This document shows, one piece after another, positions 29,588-39,128 of a stretch of DNA of 64,000 bases. The stretch comes from Clostridia bacterium (GTDB taxonomy: Bacteria; Bacillota; Clostridia; UBA1381). The position numbers were made by a program, and so were the translations under genes. The notes beneath the pieces are model-generated. The model was not told the DNA's origin. It saw nothing but the letters and a program-made list of their open reading frames with translations, and searched no databases. The stretch is from NCBI GenBank assembly GCA_036307445.1, contig JAXJXP010000029.1, positions 580-64,579 of the forward strand. Direction: 5' to 3'. Position 1 is the stretch's first letter; the number at the start of each line of letters is the position of its first letter.

Positions 29588-31492
29588 TCAATATATAATA
29601 TATTTTCCTTCTACCTTCCAGTCATCCTGCGTTTTGCTCTTTATCTCAACTGTATATGCACGGTCAGTGTCAAAGCCTAAAAATGTATATACGTTTTTGT
29701 TATTCGCAAGTACGGTATATTCTCCTACTGCTTCGTTTGTTTCGCTGTCATAAATATTAACATCCGTCAAATTATTACTGCTCACAGAAAAGTATACCGA
29801 TATATTTCCATTCTCATCGCACTTTATCCGTTTATCAGTTCTATTAGGTTCGTTATGATAGCTGTAATCACCAACAGTATAATTATATGACAAATCAACT
29901 GCATCCGAATTCGACATAGTTATACCATATTTTAATAGCTCACTCTCTATCCTCTGCATATCAGCATTGTCAATAACTGTTTGCTCAAATCCAATGTATG
30001 CCTCGTCTGCAACTGTTGTAGATTTTATTGCAATGTCAGCAGGTGTACTTGTCTTTTCCCCTGATTTCACAAAGTCAGCTTGCGGCAAAAGAAGCTCAGG
30101 ATTATAAAATTTATCATTCATTTCTATTTCAAAATGAAGTGCAATACCAGTTATTTCACCGGTATTCCCCACCTTCCCAATAATCTCATTTTGCAACACA
30201 TTATCTCCTATTGAAACTTCAATGTCGGACAAATGACAACAATTCACCTTTACGCCTTGTTCATTTTCTATAACCACATAATTTCCTTTTTGTTTGTCGA
30301 ATCCGGTCTCGGTCACCACACCGTCAATCGAAGAATATACCTCCGCATTCTCCGGTGCTACGATATCTATACCATTATGAGTTTTTTCTTCAAAGGTTAT
30401 GGGATGAATTCTGGTCCCGAACTTACCGCTTACCGTTCTTACATCAGTAGGCCATACGAAATAATATGGAGTATCAACATTATCATCTTCATCTATTGCC
30501 GCAATCAGCACAGCATTTGCAGTAAGTGCCGTAACAGCAATCACAGAAGCTACAATGCCTGAAACAAACCTCAAAACTCTCCCAACTCTGTCTCCCTGCT
30601 TAATCATAATAAATCTCTTTTTAATCAAAGCCTTTTTACCTGTCATTCCGGTTGAGTAAGAAGCAGCCTCTCTCTTACAATCAGACATTAGAGACAGAAT
30701 TGTATTTAGATATTCATTCTTTTGTTGCTCGTTCATCAGCTTGGTCGCTGTCAAATCACACGAAATCTCGCAATAGGTGCTTATTTGTCTGCTGATATAA
30801 TAAACAGCAGGATTAAACCAGTGAACACATTTAACCAACAGCAAAAACCATTTATAGAGAATATCATGTCTGTTGAGATGCGTCATTTCATGAGCAAGTA
30901 TATTCCCTAGCTCTGTTTGTGTCATTTCTGAATTAGGCAGGATAAGCATAGGTCTTATCATACCAATTATAAACGGTGATGAAATTTTATCACTCACCCT
31001 TGTCCTAATACTTCTTACTGTATATAATTTAAGCTCAGAACATTCAATTTCTTTTGAGTTTCTTTTTATTTTTACAAGAAATGCTATGTATCCTGCAATA
31101 TTTACGAAAATAAGTATTATTGCAACAGCAAGCCAGATGCGTGTTACAATTCCTCTGTTATCAATCAATACTGTCTTAATCTGCTGTAGCACAGGAGTTA
31201 TTTCCTCATTAGATATTTTACTATGTTGCGATTTGACAGGTATGTTATTTTTAATAACTTCCGGCGCAGTCTCCGTAACAGTCATACTCTCTTTTACCGA
31301 TGACTTTATATAAGTATCGTTTATACTTATTCTGACAGGAAGCATCATTATCAAAAGGACAACGAGCCATATATAATACTGCCAACTGACAGAAAATATT
31401 TTTCTTGTTAATGGCTTTATCAATGTCAACAATACTGCAATAGCTGTACCAACAGTAGAAGTAAGAAGTAATGATATAAAAATCTGCTCCAC
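29588..31492 (-). CDS. BlaR1/MecR1-family M56 signal-transducer peptidase fused to an M23 (LytM-type) peptidase domain and an unassigned C-terminal domain
   Basis: TM region with the M56 zinc motif HEMTHLNRHD. The extracytoplasmic part carries M23 motifs (HNGIDIVAP, GNTGEITGIALHFEI). GTG start 7 nt after AAGGGGGA, which lies inside the blaI 3' end. Confidence 0.8.
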   Translation of the reverse strand: MEQIFISLLLTSTVGTAIAVLLTLIKPLTRKIFSVSWQYYIWLVVLLIMMLPVRISINDTYIKSSVKESMTVTETAPEVIKNNIPVKSQHSKISNEEITPVLQQIKTVLIDNRGIVTRIWLAVAIILIFVNIAGYIAFLVKIKRNSKEIECSELKLYTVRSIRTRVSDKISSPFIIGMIRPMLILPNSEMTQTELGNILAHEMTHLNRHDILYKWFLLLVKCVHWFNPAVYYISRQISTYCEISCDLTATKLMNEQQKNEYLNTILSLMSDCKREAASYSTGMTGKKALIKKRFIMIKQGDRVGRVLRFVSGIVASVIAVTALTANAVLIAAIDEDDNVDTPYYFVWPTDVRTVSGKFGTRIHPITFEEKTHNGIDIVAPENAEVYSSIDGVVTETGFDKQKGNYVVIENEQGVKVNCCHLSDIEVSIGDNVLQNEIIGKVGNTGEITGIALHFEIEMNDKFYNPELLLPQADFVKSGEKTSTPADIAIKSTTVADEAYIGFEQTVIDNADMQRIESELLKYGITMSNSDAVDLSYNYTVGDYSYHNEPNRTDKRIKCDENGNISVYFSVSSNNLTDVNIYDSETNEAVGEYTVLANNKNVYTFLGFDTDRAYTVEIKSKTQDDWKVEGKYIIY

Positions 31493-31495
31493 GCA

Positions 31496-31867
31496 CTATT
31501 CCCCCTTATCTTCGATAATTGCTCTTAATTCCTCTATTTCCTTTTCATTTAATTTTTGTTCTTCAAAAAACGAAACAGCAAAATCTCGAACAGAGCCGTT
31601 ATACAATGTTTTTATCAAATTTTTAGTCTGGAGCCTTTTATACTCCTTCTCGGTTATCAATGGTGTGTAGTAATATAGCTTACCGCGCTTTGTAGCCGAA
31701 AGAGCACCCTTATCAACAAGTCTTGTCAAAAAGGTAGCAATAGTTGTCTTTTTCCACCCCTTATCTTCCACCTCTTTTCCAATATCAAGAGAAGTAATTT
31801 CTCCTTTTGTTCTCCAGACAACCTTCATAATTTCAAGTTCTGCATCTCCAATAGAGATATTCTTCAT
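31496..31867 (-). CDS. blaI: BlaI/MecI/CopY family transcriptional repressor
   Basis: 123 aa with a winged helix (ELEIMKVVW ... TTIATFLTRLVDKG) and typical family size. It sits directly upstream of the M56 gene. Confidence 0.88.
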   Translation of the reverse strand: MKNISIGDAELEIMKVVWRTKGEITSLDIGKEVEDKGWKKTTIATFLTRLVDKGALSATKRGKLYYYTPLITEKEYKRLQTKNLIKTLYNGSVRDFAVSFFEEQKLNEKEIEELRAIIEDKGE

Positions 31868-31890
31868 AATTCCACCTCAATTCTTCGTTC

Positions 31891-31926
31891 TACAATTGTA
31901 GTTTATTATATTCTACCACAGTAGAA
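31891..31926. promoter_or_regulatory. Candidate BlaI operators: two TACA/TGTA-type dyads
   Basis: CTACAATTGTAG (31891-31902, perfect palindrome) and TCTACCACAGTAGA (31913-31926) lie 24-60 nt upstream of the blaI start. BlaI/MecI operators are TACA/TGTA dyads. Confidence 0.6.
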
Positions 31927-31951
31927 TATGTTTGTCAATAGATATACAATA

Positions 31952-31986
31952 AAAAAGTTCGTATATAATTTATACGAACTTTTTTC
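31952..31986. terminator. Terminator after potD
   Basis: AAGTTCGTATA ... TATACGAACTT stem with flanking A and T runs. Confidence 0.7.
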
Positions 31987-31999
31987 ACTATACATTTTA

Positions 32000-33193
32000 T
32001 CAATAATTATCTCTGATTTTCTTTACAATATAGTTGTAAAGCATTATCGCTGCGAGTAAAAGTACTATACTAAGACTTGTAACATATACCCACGGCTCAA
32101 CGGAATTTTCTATTTTCAGTGTTTCCCATAGTACATTTTGGAGCATTAAAGTTTCAGGTTCAAGATTTTCAAAATACTGCGTTATTATACCCAGATTTTC
32201 CGGATAAAGAATTTCCATAACATCCTCGTTCCAGTCGGTCATATCGCTTATATAAACCTCACTCTCACGCACATTATCCAGCGGTGATGAGTACGCAATA
32301 TATTCAGCATTAGCAATTGCAATATCATCCGATAGCATAAAGTTTATATATAACTCTGCAAGCTCTTTGTTTCTTGCACAGGAAGGAATACACATCGAGT
32401 CAACAAAGACATTTGTTCCCTCTTTGGGAAAGTAGAATTTAAGACTTTCGTTACTATCGTGCATTGTGAGATAGTCGCCTGCATAGTACGGTGCAGCAGC
32501 AGCCGATCCGTTTTTCATTTTGTTGAAAATCTCGTCCATCACATAGCTTTGTACAAGCGGTTTTTGAGCCTTTAGCTTCTCTGCAGCATTCTCCCAAACA
32601 GCAGTATCGGTCGTGTTTACGTCCTGCCCTTCAGAATATATCGCAGTACCGAAAGCATCTCTTGGGTTATTAAACTGCAGAATTTGCCCTTTGTACTTTT
32701 CGTTCCACAGAAGCTCCCAGCTTCCGATATCCTCTTCATCAACCATCTCTTCGTTATAGATAATTCCTACCATACCGTATGTATAAGGCACAGAATACTC
32801 ATTTTCAGGGTCAAAGAAAAGGTCTTTATAGTTTTCATTTACATACTCATAATTCGGAATATTACTAAAATCAAGCTTTAAAAGCATATCTTCTGCTATC
32901 ATTTTCTCAATCATATAATCTGATGGGATTATAACATCATAGGATGCAGAGCCGCTTTTAATCTTGTTATACATATCCTCATTGCTTGCGTATGTAGTGT
33001 AATTAACCTTAACCTCTTTTCCAAGCTCTTCAATACAGTATTTTTCAAACTCCTCATTGACATTTACCGTACCCTCTGAGCCATCGGAAATATACTCACC
33101 CCAGTTATAGACATTAAGAGTAAGGCTTTCCTCGCCTGCGCCGCAGCTACTTAGCATCAAGACGGTAAAAATCATCAAAACCAGTTTTCTCAT
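32000..33193 (-). CDS. potD: Spermidine/putrescine ABC transporter substrate-binding lipoprotein with an extra C-terminal TM helix
   Basis: Lipobox MLSSCG and a PotD-like body (LNVYNWGEYI, YDVIIPSDYM). The C-terminal hydrophobic segment is PWVYVTSLSIVLLLAAIMLYNYIV. Confidence 0.85.
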   Translation of the reverse strand: MRKLVLMIFTVLMLSSCGAGEESLTLNVYNWGEYISDGSEGTVNVNEEFEKYCIEELGKEVKVNYTTYASNEDMYNKIKSGSASYDVIIPSDYMIEKMIAEDMLLKLDFSNIPNYEYVNENYKDLFFDPENEYSVPYTYGMVGIIYNEEMVDEEDIGSWELLWNEKYKGQILQFNNPRDAFGTAIYSEGQDVNTTDTAVWENAAEKLKAQKPLVQSYVMDEIFNKMKNGSAAAAPYYAGDYLTMHDSNESLKFYFPKEGTNVFVDSMCIPSCARNKELAELYINFMLSDDIAIANAEYIAYSSPLDNVRESEVYISDMTDWNEDVMEILYPENLGIITQYFENLEPETLMLQNVLWETLKIENSVEPWVYVTSLSIVLLLAAIMLYNYIVKKIRDNY

Positions 33194-33999
33194 TTTAATG
33201 CCGCCTTTCTGTCCGCTGTCTTTTCCTTTGATGAGATATTAGACATTACCATCAAAATTGTAACAGTAAGTATCATAAGTGTAGAAAGTGCGTATATATC
33301 AGGCTTTACCTCTTTTTTAGTCATAGAATAAATCAAAAGCGGCAAGGTCTGAAAATCATTCCCTGTTGTGAAATAACTTATCACAAAATCATCAAGCGAA
33401 AGCGTAAATGCAAGAATAAATCCCGAAACCACACCTGACATAATATTAGGAAGCTCCACCTTAAAGAATGACTGTATCGGTGTACATCCCAAATCCATCG
33501 CAGCTTCCGGAAGTGCTTTGTTCATTTGCAACAGCTTAGGTCTTACCGACAAAATCACATACGGCAGACAAAAGCTTACGTGTGCAATCAGCAGTGTACC
33601 AAACCCAAGCTTGTCCTCACTCCCCAAAATTGTACCGATAAACACAAACAACAGCATCATTGATATACCGGTCACAATATCAGGATTCATCATAGGGATA
33701 TTGGTAACAGAAAGAAGCGAGCTTTTTGTAATTTTTGTTTTAAACTTAGTTATACCAACTGCTGCAGCAGTACCAATCACAGTAGAAATGACAGATGCAC
33801 TTATCGCAAGGACGAGAGTGTTTTTAAGTGCATTAAAGGTATCGGGGCTGTTAAATAGCTCCTTATACCAGTAGAAAGAAAGCCCTGTAAGCGTTCCGGT
33901 ATTTGCCGTACTGTTAAAGGAAAAGAGCATAAGCACAAGAATTGGTATATACAAAATTGTAAATACGAGCGCAACATATATTTTAGAAACTGTCTTCAA
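33190..33999 (-). CDS. potC: Spermidine/putrescine ABC transporter permease
   Basis: Six-TM permease with an EAA-type loop (PEAAMDLGCTPIQSFFKVELP). Confidence 0.88.
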   Translation of the reverse strand: MKTVSKIYVALVFTILYIPILVLMLFSFNSTANTGTLTGLSFYWYKELFNSPDTFNALKNTLVLAISASVISTVIGTAAAVGITKFKTKITKSSLLSVTNIPMMNPDIVTGISMMLLFVFIGTILGSEDKLGFGTLLIAHVSFCLPYVILSVRPKLLQMNKALPEAAMDLGCTPIQSFFKVELPNIMSGVVSGFILAFTLSLDDFVISYFTTGNDFQTLPLLIYSMTKKEVKPDIYALSTLMILTVTILMVMSNISSKEKTADRKAALK

Positions 34000-34820
34000 T
34001 TCTCGTCCCCTCCCTCTTTGTCAGCAAATCTATTCATTATTGCCAGGGAAATAAGCACCAGAACCATCATCACAAGCGAAATTGCAGCACCGACATTGTA
34101 TGTACTGCTGTTCTGGAACTGTCTTTCTATTGTATCACCTATCAGTTCAAACGTGCCTCCGCCGAGCTTTTGTGAAATATAGAAGGTGCTGATAGACGGT
34201 ACAAACACCATTGTAACACCTGATATAATTCCTGAAGATGAAAGTGGCAGTACAACCCTTGTAAGTGTTCTAAAATAATTACAGCCCAAATCACCAGCCG
34301 CCTCAATAAGAGAGTTGTCAAGCTTTGCGATCGTTGTATAAATAGGCAGCACCATATACGGCAGAAAATCATATACCATTCCGAATATAACAGCACCCTT
34401 TGTTCCTATAAGATGCACTTTCCCAAGGTCAAGATAACCTAAAATAGTATTCAAAAATCCGCCATCGTCCATAATTGCCATCATTGAATATGTTCTTATA
34501 AGAAGGTTTGTCCACATCGGGAGCATAACAAGTGTTATCATAATTTTCTGAGCACGTTCCCCGCTTTTAGCTATTATGTACGCCAAGGGATAACCTACCA
34601 GAAAACATATGAAAGTAGCAATTACAGAAAGACTTATCGAAAGCATAAAAGTGTTTATATGTTCATTTAGTGCGGAGATATTATCAAACGTAAATGCACC
34701 TTCGGGAGTTGTAAATGTGTAATATACAACAAACAACAGTGGAGCAACTATAAAAAGTATTGCCCAAACAATATGCGGTGCAGCAGCAAGTCTGCCAAGT
34801 CCGCCTTTTACCTTATCCAT
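33996..34820 (-). CDS. potB: Spermidine/putrescine ABC transporter permease
   Basis: Permease with an EAA loop (IEAAGDLGCNYFRTLTRVVLP). Confidence 0.88.
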   Translation of the reverse strand: MDKVKGGLGRLAAAPHIVWAILFIVAPLLFVVYYTFTTPEGAFTFDNISALNEHINTFMLSISLSVIATFICFLVGYPLAYIIAKSGERAQKIMITLVMLPMWTNLLIRTYSMMAIMDDGGFLNTILGYLDLGKVHLIGTKGAVIFGMVYDFLPYMVLPIYTTIAKLDNSLIEAAGDLGCNYFRTLTRVVLPLSSSGIISGVTMVFVPSISTFYISQKLGGGTFELIGDTIERQFQNSSTYNVGAAISLVMMVLVLISLAIMNRFADKEGGDEN

Positions 34821-34822
34821 AC

Positions 34823-35938
34823 TTACTCCTCCACTGTTTCTGTATTTGATAGTTCTTCTATTTCATCACTAAATGTCGAATAGTCGCCATACTGACCGGA
34901 GTAATCGGATTTTTTCATAATATGAATTGCATCAGGCTCAATATAAATGCCTATTTCGGCATTAACTCCAACATAATCGGTAGACTGAATCATCCACTTA
35001 AAGCCGTCTATATCGACAATTATCTCATAATGAACGCCTTTAAAGGTTACTGACGTTACAGTACCTGTAAGCATACCCTTATCCTTCTCAACTACATCTA
35101 CATCCTCAGGCCTTACTACAACGTCTACGAGCTCATTTTTAGCAAAGCCCTTGTCTACACAATCAAATGTATGACCAGAGAAAGTAACCTTATAGTCTTC
35201 GTTCATAATTCCGTCAACTATATTACTTTCACCAATAAAGTCTGCTACAAAGGCATTTACCGGCTCATTATATATGTCAATAGGTGTTCCAACCTGTTGA
35301 ATTTGTCCGTCAGCCATTACAACTACTACATCTGACATAGAAAGTGCCTCTTCCTGATCGTGTGTAACGTAGATAAAGGTAATACCTGTCTGCTTTTGAA
35401 TTTTCTTAAGCTCGTTTTGCATATCCTTACGGAGCTTCAAATCAAGTGCACCGAGCGGTTCGTCCAAAAGAAGAATTCTCGGGTGGCTTATAAGTGCTCT
35501 CGCAATTGCAACTCTCTGCTGCTGTCCGCCCGAAAGCTTAGTAACATTCTTTCTCTCAAAGCCTTTTAGCGCCACAAGCTCAAGCATTTCTTTTACTCTC
35601 TTTGTTATCTCGGCATTAGAGAGCTTTTGCAGCCTTAGAGAAAAAGCAATATTTTCAAAAACATTAAGGTGCGGAAAGAGGGCGTATTTTTGGAAAACTG
35701 TGTTTATATGTCTTTTATGCGGAGGAAGATTATTGATTTTCTTACCCTCAAATAAAAGCTCACCTTCGTCCGGAGTTTCAAAGCCACCAACAATTCTGAG
35801 TGTTGTCGTTTTACCGCAACCTGAAGGTCCTAAAAATGTAACAAACTGTTTATCATATATATCAAGATTTATGCTGTCTAAAACCTTTTCTCCATCAAAC
35901 TCTTTTGATATATTCTTAAGCTCAATTATCTTTTTCAT
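34823..35938 (-). CDS. potA: Spermidine/putrescine ABC transporter ATP-binding protein
   Basis: Walker [10 protein letters not shown], signature [15 protein letters not shown], Walker B LLLDEP, and a TOBE-like C-terminus. Start set at [14 protein letters not shown], 8 nt after GGATGGGGTGA. Confidence 0.92.
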   Translation of the reverse strand: MKKIIELKNISKEFDGEKVLDSINLDIYDKQFVTFLGPSGCGKTTTLRIVGGFETPDEGELLFEGKKINNLPPHKRHINTVFQKYALFPHLNVFENIAFSLRLQKLSNAEITKRVKEMLELVALKGFERKNVTKLSGGQQQRVAIARALISHPRILLLDEPLGALDLKLRKDMQNELKKIQKQTGITFIYVTHDQEEALSMSDVVVVMADGQIQQVGTPIDIYNEPVNAFVADFIGESNIVDGIMNEDYKVTFSGHTFDCVDKGFAKNELVDVVVRPEDVDVVEKDKGMLTGTVTSVTFKGVHYEIIVDIDGFKWMIQSTDYVGVNAEIGIYIEPDAIHIMKKSDYSGQYGDYSTFSDEIEELSNTETVEE

Positions 35939-35964
35939 ATTTTTGTTCACCCCATCCAAAAATT

Positions 35965-36000
35965 AAAAAAACGGTAAGCAATGCAAAACATCGCTTACCG
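35965..36000 (-). terminator. Rho-independent terminator/attenuator in the potA 5' leader
   Basis: The minus strand reads CGGTAAGC-gatgttttgcat-tGCTTACCG followed by TTTTTTT. It ends about 25 nt before the potA SD. Confidence 0.7.
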
Positions 36001-36300
36001 TGAAAATCAGACATCATAATCCTTATGTACCAGAAAGATATTATCGGATAGGTTATAGAGCTTAAGTAAAGATTGCTTACGCGTACTCTTATTGACCGTT
36101 TCACAAGTCGATGTGTGCATCGTATATGGTTATAAAGTAACCAACTTATAAAATTTGAGCTTTTAACTCAATCAATAAGGCAGGTTATCCCTGCCAACCG
36201 ATTAACTCGGCGTTCGGCGTTCGACCCGGCTGTCCGTGTGGCCTTAGCTTGAAAAAAACACAAGCGGTCGTACATTCTCACTCTTGGAAAACCTATCTAA
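36001..36300 (-). promoter_or_regulatory. Unassigned structured leader or ncRNA region upstream of potABCD
   Basis: The mgtC-potA gap is 455 nt. It contains a locally GC-rich patch (about 36181-36250) with hairpins GGCAGG-gataa-CCTGCC and CCGA-gttaa-TCGG, plus a long-range complement GATAGGTT/AACCTATC. No convincing ORF or SD is present. Confidence 0.3.
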
Positions 36301-36393
36301 ATATCAGCTTGCTTCCAATTGTTTGATGATGAGAAAAGTATATCACAATTTTATTTTTATGTCAACAGAAAATTGTCGAATATATTGTAAATA

Positions 36394-37080
36394 TTATGCT
36401 AAAGGTGTTATGCTGCTCTTATACCCAGTAATTGATATTATCTCGTCCTCAGTTATACTTTTTGGAAGCTCAACTGTAAAGATATAATTTTTTGTCCTAT
36501 CATCATTCATTTTAACTGAAGTTGTATGAATTTTTACAGATTTTTCATTGAAAATATTTATCATTTTATGTTGGAAATCACTTTCGTCAACTCCTGTTAT
36601 AGAAAGCACCTTCATTCTCGCATTTTTGCTTCTGTGAAAATCAAGATGCAATAGTAGCTGTGCTAAAAGAATTACAAACGTTGCTCCAACGCCGATAAAA
36701 TACATTCCGGCACCAATTGCCATACCAATACCTGATGTTGCCCATATTCCTGCAGCAGTGGTGAGTCCGGTAATAGTGTTTTTGTGTACAAATATCATCC
36801 CCGCTCCAAGAAAACCTATACCGCTCGCAATAGTAGAAGCAACTCTGGAAGGGTCAAGTCTTATTTCTCCTTCAAAACCAACCGAGTTTGCGATTTCAGT
36901 AACGTCAAAGAATGCGTATTTTGATACAATCATTATAATAGCCGCACCGCAGGCAACGACAAAATGCGTTCTGATCCCTGCCTCCTTTGAGCGATTTTTA
37001 CGCTCCAATCCTACAATCATTCCGCATACTCCTGCAAGAATTATTCTAAAAATATAAACAAGCTCCAGCTGATTTATCAT
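36394..37080 (-). CDS. mgtC: MgtC/SapB family membrane protein
   Basis: FRIILAGVCGMIVGLERKNRSKEAGIRTH signature. Start set at MINQLELV, after GAGGGGAGAA. Confidence 0.82.
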   Translation of the reverse strand: MINQLELVYIFRIILAGVCGMIVGLERKNRSKEAGIRTHFVVACGAAIIMIVSKYAFFDVTEIANSVGFEGEIRLDPSRVASTIASGIGFLGAGMIFVHKNTITGLTTAAGIWATSGIGMAIGAGMYFIGVGATFVILLAQLLLHLDFHRSKNARMKVLSITGVDESDFQHKMINIFNEKSVKIHTTSVKMNDDRTKNYIFTVELPKSITEDEIISITGYKSSITPLA

Positions 37081-37111
37081 ATAACATTCTCCCCTCAATA
37101 CAAACATAGGT

Positions 37112-37699
37112 CTATTGTTTGATCTTTTTTTGTAATATTCCAATTATTTGTCCTGACAAAAATACTGTCAGCAAAGAAAAAATAATTCTTTTGAAATCAA
37201 GATATGTGAGCGATAATGCCAATACTATAAAATCGAAGATAAGATAAGACCAGCGAATATCCATTTTAAATATCTTGCTTAAACTCATCGCTAATGCATC
37301 ATCACCGCATGGTGCACCGTCTGCCGATACACATAGTCCTGTACCTATGCCGACAAATACCGCACCTGCGATTGCAGCCAAGAGCGGATACTCTGCAATT
37401 TGAGGAAACATAGGTCCTATCCATTCAAAAATGCCATAAAATGCCGAAAATCCCAATCCTGCTATAATAGAATATGCAACAAACCTCTTACCTAATACCG
37501 CAATTCCTATAATATACCCGCAGGCATTCAATACAAATCCGGAAACGGCAGGTGAAATATTAAACCAATACCTCAAAAGAAGGGTTAATCCAAGAAATCC
37601 CCCCTCAGTTACTCCCGAAAGTGAATGCACATTAAAGAGTCCGAACGATAAAATCGCACTTCCTGCTATATTAAGTAATATTTTATATTCTTTCCTCAT
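37112..37699 (-). CDS. YitT/YczE-family integral membrane protein
   Basis: Polytopic membrane protein (SFGLFNVHSLSGVTEGGFLGL ...) lacking the DUF2179 C-terminus. The start is ambiguous: TTG at 37735 or ATG at 37699. Confidence 0.55.
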   Translation of the reverse strand: MRKEYKILLNIAGSAILSFGLFNVHSLSGVTEGGFLGLTLLLRYWFNISPAVSGFVLNACGYIIGIAVLGKRFVAYSIIAGLGFSAFYGIFEWIGPMFPQIAEYPLLAAIAGAVFVGIGTGLCVSADGAPCGDDALAMSLSKIFKMDIRWSYLIFDFIVLALSLTYLDFKRIIFSLLTVFLSGQIIGILQKKIKQ

Positions 37700-37984
37700 T
37701 GTTTTAAACCTGCTTTTTATATTTTTATACGGCAAAGCGACACCGATGCCGACAACAATTTACCTAAACCATTCTCCATTGTATCACATTTTTGATATAT
37801 TCTTAATTTCAAAATTTTATAATTTGAGTATATAACAACAAATATATTTTGTCAACCAAAAGACAATACATCACGGTGAAAACGGGAATAAATATCAAAA
37901 TGTGAAATGAAGTCAATGAAAGAACTAAAAAATTATTGTCAAAAATAGAGTGCAGTTCAAAATCCGCACTCTAAAAAACAAAAT

Positions 37985-38449
37985 TTACATCATAATTTTC
38001 TCTGTAATACTTATTACCTCATTATCAGCTATATCAAAGAAAAATGGCATTTTCGGCTGAGAATTTTCGTAAGCATTTAGATATTTAATAAAATCTTCCT
38101 TATTTGTAGTAGAAAACTCTCTACTATTACCGTCTTCTACAAAATCATTTTTCCAATCAATAAAATTGTAAACAGTTTCTTGGGTTAATGTGTACTCTTC
38201 TAATACAACTTCAGTATTATTTATGTAATATCCATTTACCATATCAAAGTCTGTTAACTTGAGTTCAGCTATTCTTTCTGTGTCCTCAGCAGTAACACAT
38301 TCAGCGATATCAACAACAATTACATTATCTTTAATCTCTTTTACAAAAGCACAAATTTCAGTCTTATTCTCTACTGCTGTATCGTTATTACAAGCACAAA
38401 CTGAAAACATACATATCATAACTAAAATCGACAACAGAACCTTCTTCAT
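37985..38449 (-). CDS. Hypothetical lipoprotein
   Basis: MKKVLLSILVMICMFSVCACNND lipobox. I recognise no family. Confidence 0.6.
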   Translation of the reverse strand: MKKVLLSILVMICMFSVCACNNDTAVENKTEICAFVKEIKDNVIVVDIAECVTAEDTERIAELKLTDFDMVNGYYINNTEVVLEEYTLTQETVYNFIDWKNDFVEDGNSREFSTTNKEDFIKYLNAYENSQPKMPFFFDIADNEVISITEKIMM

Positions 38450-38633
38450 ACCAATTCCTCCTATATTCAATTATTGCACATTCATATTATATCATATAAA
38501 ACACCTTAAGTAAATATGTATAAGCAATAATATTAAAATTTATTTGTCTCCTAAATTAAAAAACTGTTTTCTTTTATTTTTTTGGACAATATAACAAAAA
38601 CAGATAACTAAGTATCTGTCTTTGATTAAAATA

Positions 38634-39068
38634 TTATAAGAATTTTCTAATATCTACTGCAAGCTTTTCTTCAAGGTTAATAAGACGCTTGCATATGTCT
38701 TTTGACACCTCGTCAGCAGCCTCATATTCATTTAAATATTTGTTAAGAGATTTAACACCCATATTACATCCATCTGTCATCAAATCAGCAATTGTATTAT
38801 CAGAATCATTCATTGCAAGTTTGATGTTGGTTTTCATCCAAGACATACTTTTAGCGATGGCTGCAGGCTCTTTGCCTTCATCCTGATACTTATCCAGAAG
38901 CTCCTGAATTTCGCTGTCGAGCTTTTCGTGTTCATTTTTACAATCGGTCAAAAGCTTTTCAAACTCTCCGCTTTCAACATTCCCTAATACATCCTCAATT
39001 GAAGAAATGCCCATTTTCACTCCTGCGTCGCATTCACGCAAAAGCCTTATTGAATCCTGCTCTATCAT
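38634..39068 (-). CDS. Hypothetical helical protein (possible four-helix bundle)
   Basis: AAAGGAG lies 8 nt upstream of the ATG at 39068. The sequence is helical, acidic and heptad-like. The family is not recognised with confidence. Confidence 0.5.
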   Translation of the reverse strand: MIEQDSIRLLRECDAGVKMGISSIEDVLGNVESGEFEKLLTDCKNEHEKLDSEIQELLDKYQDEGKEPAAIAKSMSWMKTNIKLAMNDSDNTIADLMTDGCNMGVKSLNKYLNEYEAADEVSKDICKRLINLEEKLAVDIRKFL

Positions 39069-39128
39069 AACAACTACTCCTTTATACTGTTTTATATTAA
39101 TTATTTCCAAATCTATTTGTAATATACC

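Noticed and set aside
36180-36250. The GC-rich patch in the potA leader as SRP RNA, tmRNA, RNase P RNA, a tRNA, or a known riboswitch (ydaO, ykkC, M-box).
   Set aside because: Diagnostic motifs were not found:
- SRP: GUCAGGUCCGGAAGGAAGCAGC
- RNase P: GAGGAAAGUCC
- tmRNA: tag ORF plus the tRNA-like end
- ydaO: ACCCGAACCCGUCAGCUAACC
- ykkC: CUAGGGUUCCG

Only short chance-level similarities exist, so the region is left unassigned.
35922-36487. ORFs 35922-36104 (-) and 36284-36487 (+) in the mgtC-potA intergenic region.
   Set aside because: Neither has an SD. One overlaps the potA start and terminator hairpin. The other overlaps the mgtC 3' end in antisense. Their translations are low-complexity.
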